A DNA stretch of 64,000 nt from Legionellaceae bacterium (GTDB lineage Bacteria > Pseudomonadota > Gammaproteobacteria > Legionellales > Legionellaceae). The DNA is taken from contig CANNJI010000001.1 of NCBI GenBank assembly GCA_947504875.1, positions 11,906 to 75,905 on the forward strand, in the 5' to 3' direction. The position numbers were made by a program, and so were the translations under genes. Of this stretch, positions 49,784 through 58,976 are shown in pieces; position 1 is the first letter of the stretch; every line of letters starts with the position of its first letter. A model generated the notes under the pieces. The model did no database searches, was not told where the DNA came from, and saw only the letters and a program-made list of their open reading frames with translations.

Positions 49784-49809
49784 GCTTTTTATATGACGTA
49801 TAAAAACAC

Positions 49810-50817
49810 CTAAATCACTAACGTATGACAAGCATTAATATGCTTGATAGCATCGTCAACAACTTCATCCAATATTTCATGCACAGATTTTTTATTGTGA
49901 ATCAAACCAACAGATTGTCCTACATAATGTGCCAAAGGCTCTAGATCTCCTGTCATCGTTGCTGCTGGTAAAGAACGACTATATCGCTCAACAGGGCTTC
50001 CTGTGCTTAATTGTGTGACAATATCATGTTCGCCAGGACGATTTCCTGATAAAGGTTCCCCTGCGTGTACCCATTGCTCATAAGTGCTATTACGCAGCAC
50101 ACGCATATATGAATTTGGCCATCCTTTATCAAATAAATCGGTATAAACCGTATCGGTTTCTTTAGCAGCTATAATACGATTTTTGTATTGTTCATGAATT
50201 CCTGCTTCATGACTTGACAATAATCGAGTTCCTAATACGGATCCCTCTGCACCTAAGGCAAGAACCGCTGCCAAGCCGCGCCCATCAGCAATACCTCCTG
50301 CTGCTACCACAGGTACTTTACCTGCAACTGCATCGACAACAGCTGGTACTAAAGGAAGCGTTGCCACCGTGCCCCAAACATGTCCACCGGCTTCCCAGCC
50401 TTGAGTTACAATCACATCAACACCAGCATCTACGGCTTGTTTCGCCTCAATAGCACTGCCAACAGTCAAAATGACCTTTGCGCCATGCGCATGTATTTTT
50501 TCAATAAATGGACTGGGATCGCCCCAACAAAACCAAATAACTTTAATCCCTTTCTTCAAACTTAGATCTAATCGCTCACTTTGATCCCACTCCAATATTA
50601 AATTCACACCAATGCGGTGATCAGTTAAACTTAAAGTTTCATCAATTAATCTGTCACAGTTCTCTATTGGCCAATTACTTAATGGTACCATACCGAGACC
50701 ACCGTAATTGGCAACGGAGCTAGCCAGTTGTGGTGTAACTGCTCCTGCCATAGGCGCTTGAAAAATAGGCGTATTTAACTTCAAAAGATCACACAAGCGC
50801 GTTTTTATTTGCTTCAT
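49810..50817 (-). CDS. nitronate monooxygenase (2-nitropropane dioxygenase family, FMN-dependent)
   Basis: PIFQAPMAG, GGLGM, QGWEAGGH and AAGGIADGRG motifs. Confidence 0.85.
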   Translation of the reverse strand: MKQIKTRLCDLLKLNTPIFQAPMAGAVTPQLASSVANYGGLGMVPLSNWPIENCDRLIDETLSLTDHRIGVNLILEWDQSERLDLSLKKGIKVIWFCWGDPSPFIEKIHAHGAKVILTVGSAIEAKQAVDAGVDVIVTQGWEAGGHVWGTVATLPLVPAVVDAVAGKVPVVAAGGIADGRGLAAVLALGAEGSVLGTRLLSSHEAGIHEQYKNRIIAAKETDTVYTDLFDKGWPNSYMRVLRNSTYEQWVHAGEPLSGNRPGEHDIVTQLSTGSPVERYSRSLPAATMTGDLEPLAHYVGQSVGLIHNKKSVHEILDEVVDDAIKHINACHTLVI

Positions 50818-51288
50818 TTTTTATTCCCACGACAATTTTCATCCATTTAAGTCTAATTTTAAAATTCATGCCCAGAGGTTGGTAAAGCGTTATAAAATGG
50901 GGGAATTTAAGAATACCCGTAAAATTGTCTTCTAACAAATTAGAGTGCGTGGCACAAAATAATCTTGTTGAGTTAACGATTTAACTTTCGCTAAAGTTTC
51001 CTCTGCTACAGTATTAGCGCGTTGTGTACCTTTATGGAGAATATTAATAACCTCACCCATATCTGCTTGATATTGTAAGCGACGTTGTCGAATTGGCTCA
51101 ATAAAATTAACGAGCACATCAATTAATTTTTTCTTACAAACTACATCACCTATTTTACCCTGCTGATATTGTTCTTTAGCCTCAGCAACCCAAGCTTTAT
51201 CTTGGTTAAATGTTTCATGAAACACCCATAGCGGATTGTTTTCTATGCGTCCTGGATCAGTGGCACGTAGGCGATTAGGATCTGTATA

Positions 51289-52388
51289 TACCCATTCAAC
51301 TTGAAGATATTGGATTTATCGTCTGAAAATCATCATTAATACGCCCACGCAGCGACTGGGCTATTCTAAAAATTGTTGTTTCAAAAAATTCTGCTATAGC
51401 CTCTCGAAAGTGCTTTGCTGAGGTAAAAAACACATTATTTCTAACATTCTCGTTCATGACTTTCCATACGCGCTCTATCGGGTTTAAATTTGGACTATAT
51501 GGTGGTAAGTAATGAAGCACGATATTTCTCTTTAATGCCTCCTCTCGAACTAAAAGGCTTCTGTGATAACCCGATTGGTCAAGGATAATATGGATGCTAG
51601 GTGCAATAGGATAAGCCGCTTTAAGTTGATCAAAAAAGGCAACCGTTGTTTCAGCATTGACATAATCAGGGCGGCAGCTCACAACGTTCATTGAGGTAAG
51701 TTCAATAGCTCCCATGACATTTACCCTTGTTCTCGAAGCCGTTTGGGCAATCGGCTTATCGACTCCTTTTCTTATCCAGCCACAAACTACTTTAGTTGCC
51801 ATCGTTGGATGCGCTGAATCCATAAAAAGAATGGGTTCATTTGTAGGGGTATCTGCAACTAACGCAATGTATTTTTCAATGAACTCTTCTTGTTTAGTCA
51901 CATCGGCTTTGGCTGGCACTGTCTTGGGTTGTTTATAACTGAAGCGATGCTGGTGTAGCCATTTAGTTAAACCTGATACGGTGTAACGCACGCCATATGT
52001 CGTTTCAATGTAAGCACAAATATCGATGACGCGAGTGTAGGTTGTTTCCTCAAGATGTGACTCGAGAGCGCGTGATTGAGTATCATTAAGTTTGCTGTAT
52101 GACCCGCCATTTTCTGGTTTTAGTTTTTCATCGGAGGTCCAGTCGGTGATGTAATACCGGACCGTCTCCTCATGGATGCGTAGCGCCTGTGCAATGGCCT
52201 TATTTTTCCAGCCTTCGTTTTTTAATAAGACAGCTTTAATACGATCGGCAACACGCTTATCACCTTCATAGCGATGTCGTAATTCCAAATATTCTTTTTG
52301 CTCTTCACTGAGCGGATGAAATCTCATAATGCCGATATTTGTAACCGTTTTTAAAGAAAATTTCCAGTACTTTCAATGGTGAGGGGTA
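51289..52388 (-). mobile_element. IS630-family insertion sequence (1100 bp) with TA target-site duplication
   Basis: Imperfect terminal inverted repeats TACCCATTCAACTTGAAGATATTGG / TACCCCTCACCATTGAAAGTACTGG. TA on both flanks (51287-88, 52389-90). Single 343-aa transposase ORF. Confidence 0.85.
51296..52327 (-). CDS. IS630-family transposase
   Basis: N-terminal HTH region (KNKAIAQALRIHEETVRYYI). DDE-type C-terminal domain with ILFMDSAH, IILDQSGYH and LPPYSPNLNPIERVW. Confidence 0.9.
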   Translation of the reverse strand: MRFHPLSEEQKEYLELRHRYEGDKRVADRIKAVLLKNEGWKNKAIAQALRIHEETVRYYITDWTSDEKLKPENGGSYSKLNDTQSRALESHLEETTYTRVIDICAYIETTYGVRYTVSGLTKWLHQHRFSYKQPKTVPAKADVTKQEEFIEKYIALVADTPTNEPILFMDSAHPTMATKVVCGWIRKGVDKPIAQTASRTRVNVMGAIELTSMNVVSCRPDYVNAETTVAFFDQLKAAYPIAPSIHIILDQSGYHRSLLVREEALKRNIVLHYLPPYSPNLNPIERVWKVMNENVRNNVFFTSAKHFREAIAEFFETTIFRIAQSLRGRINDDFQTINPISSS

Positions 52389-53344
52389 TACATCGCCATA
52401 ACTTTTTCTTTAATATGATCCGGATCATCACTTAAGAAAATAGCATTATTTAAAGATTTGCTCATTTTCAATAATTGCCCTTGTTCATTTGGTGCTCCAG
52501 TGCCAATTAATCGATTTACTCTCCCTAACTTTGCTTCAATGATTGGAAACAGTCCTCCGGAGTCTACATAATCCTGATCTGCTGTATGAGAATCGACGCC
52601 GCAATAAAGTTGATTAAATTTTCTTGCGACCTCACGCGTTAATTCAAGATGAGGCAATTGATCCTCGCCAACCGGAACAAGTTCTGGTCTAAATGCCAAA
52701 ATATCAGCAACTTGACCTACTGCATATAATAAAAAGCCAAATGGATAATTATCGCCTAATTTTTTATCTCGAATCTCATCTTTTAAAGTTGGATTGCGCA
52801 TTAGCCGTGGATAAGGGATTAACATACTAAACAAAAATGTCAGTTCAGCAATTGCAGGAATTTCAGATTGAATAAAGATGGTGCTCTTTTGTGGATCTAT
52901 ACCGGCTGCTAAGTAATCTAAACTAATTTCTAATGTACTCTCACGAATTTCTTGAGCTCTATTCGCTCGCGTTGTAAAGGCATGCATGTTCGCTAAAATA
53001 AAAAAACACTCATATTCGTCTTGCAACGCTATTCTGTTTTCCAAAGAACCAACAAAATGTCCCAAATGAAGACGTCCAGTTGGAGTATCGCCTGTTAATA
53101 ATCTTGGTTTTTTCATATTGATCCTACAAAAAAGAGATTTTACTTTAAATGAATACGTCGTCGCTGTAGCCATTTATAGTGAGCCACTAACTTTTGCATT
53201 AATTTTTTCATGAACTGGCTACGATCGTTTCTAGCAGTGGCTGCCTGATAAAATACTATATTATAATGTAGCTCCTTCAGGTGAAAAATAAGCAAAATAC
53301 GCCATCTTTTGTGAAGATACCATAAAGACAAAATCACTCATGAT

Positions 53345-53773
53345 TTATGCATAATATTGTCCAGAAGGTGATGTCCAATCTGTCTCTACACCAGACAGGG
53401 TGGATCTAAAAACGCTATCATTGAAAGATAGTTGTTCATTAATTTTTTTAATTAAATCTGTTTTTGAAAGTTCGAACTTTATACACGATGCGTTATCAGA
53501 AAACTCAGTATTGCTATCTAGCTTAATTGCTCTATGTGAACCATATCTAAATTTATAAACAATATAAGCGTCAATGCTATTTTTAACTAAAAACTCTTTA
53601 ATTAGATCAAACTGTTGTTTTGTTATTGGAGATGTGTGGCCGCAAAAAAATGCTACACATTTTTCAGGCCCAGAAGAGTCTTCTAAAATATTTAAAAGAG
53701 CATGTAATACATCATATAATACCTGATCGTCAAATCTTCTACGATTGACAAGTGCCTTAAACATTGTGAACAT
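53345..53773 (-). CDS. hypothetical protein
   Basis: 142-aa ORF with no recognisable motif. Coding status rests only on ORF length in an AT-rich region. Confidence 0.4.
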   Translation of the reverse strand: MFTMFKALVNRRRFDDQVLYDVLHALLNILEDSSGPEKCVAFFCGHTSPITKQQFDLIKEFLVKNSIDAYIVYKFRYGSHRAIKLDSNTEFSDNASCIKFELSKTDLIKKINEQLSFNDSVFRSTLSGVETDWTSPSGQYYA

Positions 53774-54121
53774 TCTATTTCCAACGACTGTAATAGTTAA
53801 AAAAATAAGAGCTATTTTAACATAAATTTATCAAAAATACTGCCGTTTTCTACGCAATATCTCGGCGCAATACGCCCTCCTGGTGAGGTATTCAGGCGCG
53901 AATCCATGCCCGCAAGTACTATTATACAGCACACACAAACATAATTTTTTGAAATTTCAATGTGTTATCAATGATTGATATGATTTTTGACGTCGTGGTC
54001 CAACAGCCTGCTCACTGTATTACACAAACCATATGAATCTCTCCTTTGCATAAACTTTCATTATCTAACAAATATGAGCTACAATTAAAGGCAGTACTCA
54101 ATTAAATTACAATGCATCACG

Positions 54122-57100
54122 ATGATAACCTTGAATACAAGCCATTCCTATACGTTGCCAGCTATTAACTCACAAGGGATAGGCGTTGAAATTACGGATG
54201 CCGAGTTAAAGGACTTGATCGCCTTGGTCAGTGAACGCTTAGGTGAAGCTTATCGTGATGGATTTGCGAGACGCATCGATGAGCACGTGGGTGCTAATGC
54301 TACATATGCTCAAAAAAATCCAATTCGTCAGGGGTTGAAAGTCATTTATGAACGGTTTATACGATCGGAAACAACTGATTCTGAAAAATCATTGATTGCA
54401 CTTAAATTAGATGAGCGTGTTGAGCATTGCACGCCCGGGTTTCACAATGGAGTGAATGCAATCGTAGAAGGGCTTTATTTAGCAAAAAATATGAATGATT
54501 TGCTCTACCGCGTACGTCGCGACATTGTTGATCGTATGGCCAGTCAACTAACCGACGAGGTACACGCAAATAATCGTTGTTTTACCGTAGCATTTAAGTC
54601 GGGGTACGGTGTTTATCCCCTGAATGAGGGTGATATTTATCGAGGAGACATCTCTGATAGCGAAATTGCGACGAAATTAGCGACGGCTTTTAGTAATAAA
54701 ATGAATCTGCCAGAAATCCTTCAGGGACTAGAAGATCAACTGTTAGGGCAATTAAGCAATACTGGCTATGAAGGCATGAACAAAGAGGGACAAGCAGTAG
54801 ATGTATGCGAAGGAATGGATGCTTGTTTTATGGCGTTGTTTAATGATCACCCGATTGTTTGTGAATTATGCGAAGCGAGACAAAACATCGCAGTACATGA
54901 ACAGGTGGTGGCGACAGCGATAGAAGAAGCGTTCAATAATATGAAAGCATTTGCGGAGCGACATCCAGATGCATTTACCGAACTCAATAAATTTACCCAG
55001 GCTAAATTAAACGTGCTTTTGATGGACAGGCCTCCTATGTTCAAACCATGGGCTGAAACAGGTATTAGAGCACTTTCTTCGGCATCAGATGAAGAGTTTA
55101 ATGCCATAAAAGAAAAATTTTTGCAGCAAACGGCTGATCCAAGCGAGCTCCGAAATCGATTGAATGAAGCAACAAAAGCCTATAACTCCCTATTTTATCT
55201 GAAAAATGAACAAGTTATTACGGACATAAATTGGCCTAATATTAGACAGACCATATGGGCATCTATAAAGAAAGAACATTATTTTGATTTTAGTAATGGG
55301 GAAGATAGCGTGCTCGATATTCTTTTAAATCCAGATACATCGCCTAGCGAATTGGATTTGAATTTAACTAAATTTCTTGCGGAAAGTTCCAATGCACAAG
55401 AAGTCGCTAAGGTGTTGAATTACTTCAGAAGTGTCAGTTTTGATGCAAAGGTTGCAATATTGCAGCAATTTTTTGCCAGAATTCCAGAAGGCCCTGTTGA
55501 TCGATATAGAGCATTCACGCAAATACTTCACTGGCTGAACGATTCAGATCTAAAAAAAGAAGTCATAAAGCAATATGACTCGCATTATGAAATGCATTTA
55601 AAAAGTGATTTTCCTGCGCTTATAACCCTCATTGCCGACATGAATCCTGATGAGATCGCAGCAATGCTTGCTACAGAGAAGGAATTTAACGGAGCTGTTT
55701 TTTTTAGAACACTTGCTATGCATCATCCATCAAGCTTAGCCAGTGTTCTCTCAAAATTGCAAACACTACCCGACGAGGCAAGAGCCGTACCAGTTGAATA
55801 TATCGAGGACGCTCTCAGACGAGTCACTGTAGTCAAACCAGCAAGCATAAAACCATTGATGCAATATTTGTTATCATTGCCTGAGTCGGTATGGATGGGG
55901 GTTCTAACTCAAACATCTATATGGCACGATGCTGTTAGCTTTGTCTTCTCGCAAGGCCGAGAGGTAGGGCTACAATTATTACTGGAGGGTCTGATAACAC
56001 TTCCTGACGAGTCAATAATACGTATTCTCAATCATGTGAATCCGGAGGGTGAAACGATACTCATGTTTGCTATGAAGCAGGGGTATCACAGACCTTTACT
56101 GCAAGGTCTGAAGCTATTTCCTGAAACGGTTGTAATGCGTGTTTTAAATGATCCTACACCACAGGGATGGACACCTCTCATGATGGCCGTTCATTCTTAT
56201 CCACGCTATATCAAATCAATCCTAGACGTACTGAAATCGTGCTCGTCAGAGGCAACAATCCCTGTGTTAGTCCAGGCAATTTTTACATCCGTTCAGTATC
56301 CTGACAACATTAAGTTGCTGTTGAAATACCTACAAGAATTTCCTGAAGAGATGATCATACAGGCATATAACCAGGTGGATGCAAATGGTGAAACAGCGAT
56401 TATTTATGCTATTCATCATCGACCGGACAGCCTTAAACTTTTATTGGACGGTATGCAGTTATATAATGAAGAAACAATGATTCGTATTTTAACTCAAAGC
56501 AATTCACTGGGAGATACTGCATTCAAGCTCATCATCCATAATCAGCCAACGCTTATTCCTGAACTATTTGGGTGCATTGCTCATCCACAAAAAAACAGTG
56601 CTGAAAAGCTGGCGATGCTTTTAAGCGTAAAAAATGAATTAGCAAACGAGTCCAAAGCAAATTCGGCAATCTTAAAGGCTACTCTGAATTGCATTGCTAA
56701 TCTAGATATAGAAGATCAGGTGACATTTTATAATGCGTGGTGGATCTCATCTCCAGAGCTTAAAAAATTCGGTATGTGTGAACTATGTGTATTAAAACTA
56801 TGTAAGATGCTTGCTTCCAATTCGGACACAATGGAGACCAGTGACGTGCTGAGCAGATTATTCAGTGAGTATCAGTCAACAGAACGAAAACCAGATGATG
56901 TTATCAGACTGTATCAAGGGATTCATACGATTTTGAATCAACCAGCGGTTAAGGCGCTCCTTGAACCAAACCAAGGAAGCCGACATTCGATGTTTTTTAC
57001 CAACGAATCACCTAATGCCTCTCTTGTCCGGCAATTAACTGGAGGGTTACAAAGCTTGGTACCCAAAGTCTCATTAAGCCAACAGAGTCTCGAATCAGAA

Positions 57101-57205
57101 CAAGAAAATTTAATAGCAAGGCAGCGTGCATTGAAGAGCGAGCTACCAAAAAGTAATGTAGATGATAAAAAGGATGAAGATTCAACACCGGGCAATAATT
57201 CATGA
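54122..57205 (+). CDS. large repeat protein (ankyrin-like ~40-aa repeats), candidate translocated effector
   Basis: 1027-aa ORF. Residues ~507-822 form about eight tandem units of pattern (L/F)P(D/E)E..I.R.LN....P.G.T.LM.A....P..L..LL.GL. No signal peptide. Acidic/polar C-terminal tail ...SNVDDKKDEDSTPGNNS. Confidence 0.7.
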   Translation: MITLNTSHSYTLPAINSQGIGVEITDAELKDLIALVSERLGEAYRDGFARRIDEHVGANATYAQKNPIRQGLKVIYERFIRSETTDSEKSLIALKLDERVEHCTPGFHNGVNAIVEGLYLAKNMNDLLYRVRRDIVDRMASQLTDEVHANNRCFTVAFKSGYGVYPLNEGDIYRGDISDSEIATKLATAFSNKMNLPEILQGLEDQLLGQLSNTGYEGMNKEGQAVDVCEGMDACFMALFNDHPIVCELCEARQNIAVHEQVVATAIEEAFNNMKAFAERHPDAFTELNKFTQAKLNVLLMDRPPMFKPWAETGIRALSSASDEEFNAIKEKFLQQTADPSELRNRLNEATKAYNSLFYLKNEQVITDINWPNIRQTIWASIKKEHYFDFSNGEDSVLDILLNPDTSPSELDLNLTKFLAESSNAQEVAKVLNYFRSVSFDAKVAILQQFFARIPEGPVDRYRAFTQILHWLNDSDLKKEVIKQYDSHYEMHLKSDFPALITLIADMNPDEIAAMLATEKEFNGAVFFRTLAMHHPSSLASVLSKLQTLPDEARAVPVEYIEDALRRVTVVKPASIKPLMQYLLSLPESVWMGVLTQTSIWHDAVSFVFSQGREVGLQLLLEGLITLPDESIIRILNHVNPEGETILMFAMKQGYHRPLLQGLKLFPETVVMRVLNDPTPQGWTPLMMAVHSYPRYIKSILDVLKSCSSEATIPVLVQAIFTSVQYPDNIKLLLKYLQEFPEEMIIQAYNQVDANGETAIIYAIHHRPDSLKLLLDGMQLYNEETMIRILTQSNSLGDTAFKLIIHNQPTLIPELFGCIAHPQKNSAEKLAMLLSVKNELANESKANSAILKATLNCIANLDIEDQVTFYNAWWISSPELKKFGMCELCVLKLCKMLASNSDTMETSDVLSRLFSEYQSTERKPDDVIRLYQGIHTILNQPAVKALLEPNQGSRHSMFFTNESPNASLVRQLTGGLQSLVPKVSLSQQSLESEQENLIARQRALKSELPKSNVDDKKDEDSTPGNNS

Positions 57206-57320
57206 AGCATAATTATTTCCTGTTTTAGCATCAAATCTGAACATTATTTTGACGAGTTAAGATGTATGGCAAGCATCGGCGAGAGCGTATCATCGTTACA
57301 TAAAAAATCGCCCGGAACAG

Positions 57321-57518
57321 TTGGATTATAAAATGGCAATAGAGCAAGAATTACCAATAGGTTCTCGTGAAGTAGAAAGTGCGCATCGTTATGTTTTGCA
57401 GAAACGTTTAAAATTAGCTGGTGCATGGTGGAAAATTGATCATGCAAAAAACATGATCAATCTCAGAACCTGCCGTGCTAATGACCTTTGGGATGATTAT
57501 TGGAAAAAAGCGGCTTGA
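57321..57518 (+). pseudogene. C-terminal fragment of a transposase (family uncertain)
   Basis: The tail LPIGSREVESAHRYVLQKRLKLAGAWWKIDHAKNMINLRTCRANDLWDDYW resembles the conserved ...IGSG.VES....V...R.K..G..W......ML.LR.....W..YW tail of some DDE transposases (ISKra4-like, from memory). There is no upstream coding body. Confidence 0.4.
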
Positions 57519-57838
57519 GGGTTTTTGACCGCAGTTTTAATCACACCCTAGTCGAACAAAAACATGTGATCATTGGTATGATGGCAATTGCAGAGCAGGA
57601 AGGAATCAATTGGATTGCGCAGCTATATGTCTTGCCTGAAGCAACTGGGCAAGGCGTTGGCTCGTTATTGATGAATAAAGCGAAATCTTTCAATCTTCCG
57701 ATACGGTTACGTACATTCCAAGAAAACAAAGGTGCCAGGCGATTCTATGAGCGTCATGGTTTCAAAATATTAGAATTTTCGAACGGTTCAGATAATGAAG
57801 AGCATTGCCCAGATATGTTATATGAGTGGGAGTCTTAA
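57500..57838 (+). pseudogene. GNAT acetyltransferase, 5'-truncated copy
   Basis: Retains motif A QGVGSLLMNKA and the C-terminal ARRFYERHGFK. About 45 N-terminal residues expected for a GNAT fold are missing. It abuts the transposase fragment. Confidence 0.55.
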
Positions 57839-57840
57839 GC

Positions 57841-58671
57841 ATGCCCAGATATGCAAAACTTATCCAACCAATTCAGATCTTTGATTTGGATGGAACGTTG
57901 ACAATTGAGTTTGATTCTGCGAAAGGAGATCTAACAGGAGAAAAATTAGATACTTATAACTTTTGGCATCGGATCACAAGAAAACTTAGCAAGGATCCAG
58001 ATGCATTCGATGTTCGCGAGACAGCTTGGTTAGAAGTAGTTATGGCCACTAAAGATATCGATATGATTGCGTCTTTGATAGATAGAACAAAATCTGAGAT
58101 GTCAATATTTAATGAAAGCGATAAAAATGATGGGGCAATCCGGAGACAGGCTGCGCTAATAACGCATGATTTTTTGGATAACGGTATTGTAGAATTAGAT
58201 GCCATCAAGTACCTGCAATATCAACTACAGGAAGATGTCTTATGTGTTATTTCCACCGGAGGTGATGAAAGTGGCGCAACTGGGTTTGTGGATGGACTGG
58301 TTGACTACGGCCTTCTACCTAAAGATTTAGCTGAGAAAATATATGTTAGTGGTACACTACTAGACTGGAATAAAATGACGGTAGAGCACTTAAATGTAGG
58401 ACCTTTAAAGTTGCAAGGATTGGAATTGACATTTAAAAAATCTATTAATGATATACAAAAAAGAACACAAGCCGTTTTTGGCAATGACCCGGAGCATGGG
58501 GATCGTGCTATATTAAATGGTTTTTGTCAGTATAGCTTCGTTAAAAAAACAGTAAAAAATGAGCAAGCAGTTTTACCGCCTAGTTGTGTGTTCTTTTCAA
58601 GTTGGGCTAAAATTTATGACAATAGAAATAAAATATGTGAGTTACATACAGAGCTCATGGATGCAGAATAA
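57841..58671 (+). CDS. HAD-superfamily-like hydrolase
   Basis: Start set at MPRYAKL. Motif I IFDLDGTLT (DxDxT) near the N-terminus. Candidate motif II VISTGG and motif IV GNDPEHGDRA. Confidence 0.5.
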   Translation: MPRYAKLIQPIQIFDLDGTLTIEFDSAKGDLTGEKLDTYNFWHRITRKLSKDPDAFDVRETAWLEVVMATKDIDMIASLIDRTKSEMSIFNESDKNDGAIRRQAALITHDFLDNGIVELDAIKYLQYQLQEDVLCVISTGGDESGATGFVDGLVDYGLLPKDLAEKIYVSGTLLDWNKMTVEHLNVGPLKLQGLELTFKKSINDIQKRTQAVFGNDPEHGDRAILNGFCQYSFVKKTVKNEQAVLPPSCVFFSSWAKIYDNRNKICELHTELMDAE

Positions 58672-58734
58672 TTATGATAAATTCACCGTTTGAAATGATA
58701 TCCAAAGATGGATTAAGAACTGTAAAAAAATCAT

Positions 58735-58935
58735 TTGGGTGGCGTTAGGTAATATTGGTTTAAAAAAACCACTAAGCTGGCGCGTGGTGGACATCCAATT
58801 CGTTTACGCACATTTCAAGATAATCATGGTGCCAGACGTTTTTACGAACGTCATGGTTTTAAAATATTAGAATTTGCGGATGGTTTAGGGAATGAAGAGC
58901 AATGACCTGATATGTTATGCAAATGGGAACCTTAA
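58735..58935 (+). pseudogene. decayed GNAT acetyltransferase fragment (paralogue of 57500..57838)
   Basis: DNA ~80% identical by eye to 57700..57838 (…ARRFYERHGFKILEF…). In-frame TGA at 58903. The upstream part is frameshifted. Confidence 0.6.
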
Positions 58936-58976
58936 ACGTATAATCAGTACAAATTTACTTTTTTTATGGGCGTATT

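Larger units (their letters stand above)
50932..53116 (-). pseudogene. trpS: tryptophanyl-tRNA synthetase gene interrupted by an IS630-family element
   Basis: The N-part (53116..52389) has the class I HIGH-type motif TGDTPTGRLHLGH and KMSKS. The C-part (51288..50932) continues ...DPNRLRATDPGRIENNPLWVFHETF... to a TrpRS-like tail. Joining the flanks restores MAMYTDPNR. Confidence 0.85.

Noticed and set aside
53140-53337. 65-aa ORF upstream of the trpS N-terminal fragment
   Set aside because: It overlaps the over-extended trpS track ORF (52373..53173) and lies in the promoter/leader region upstream of the preferred trpS start (53116). The composition is basic and low-complexity, with no RBS.
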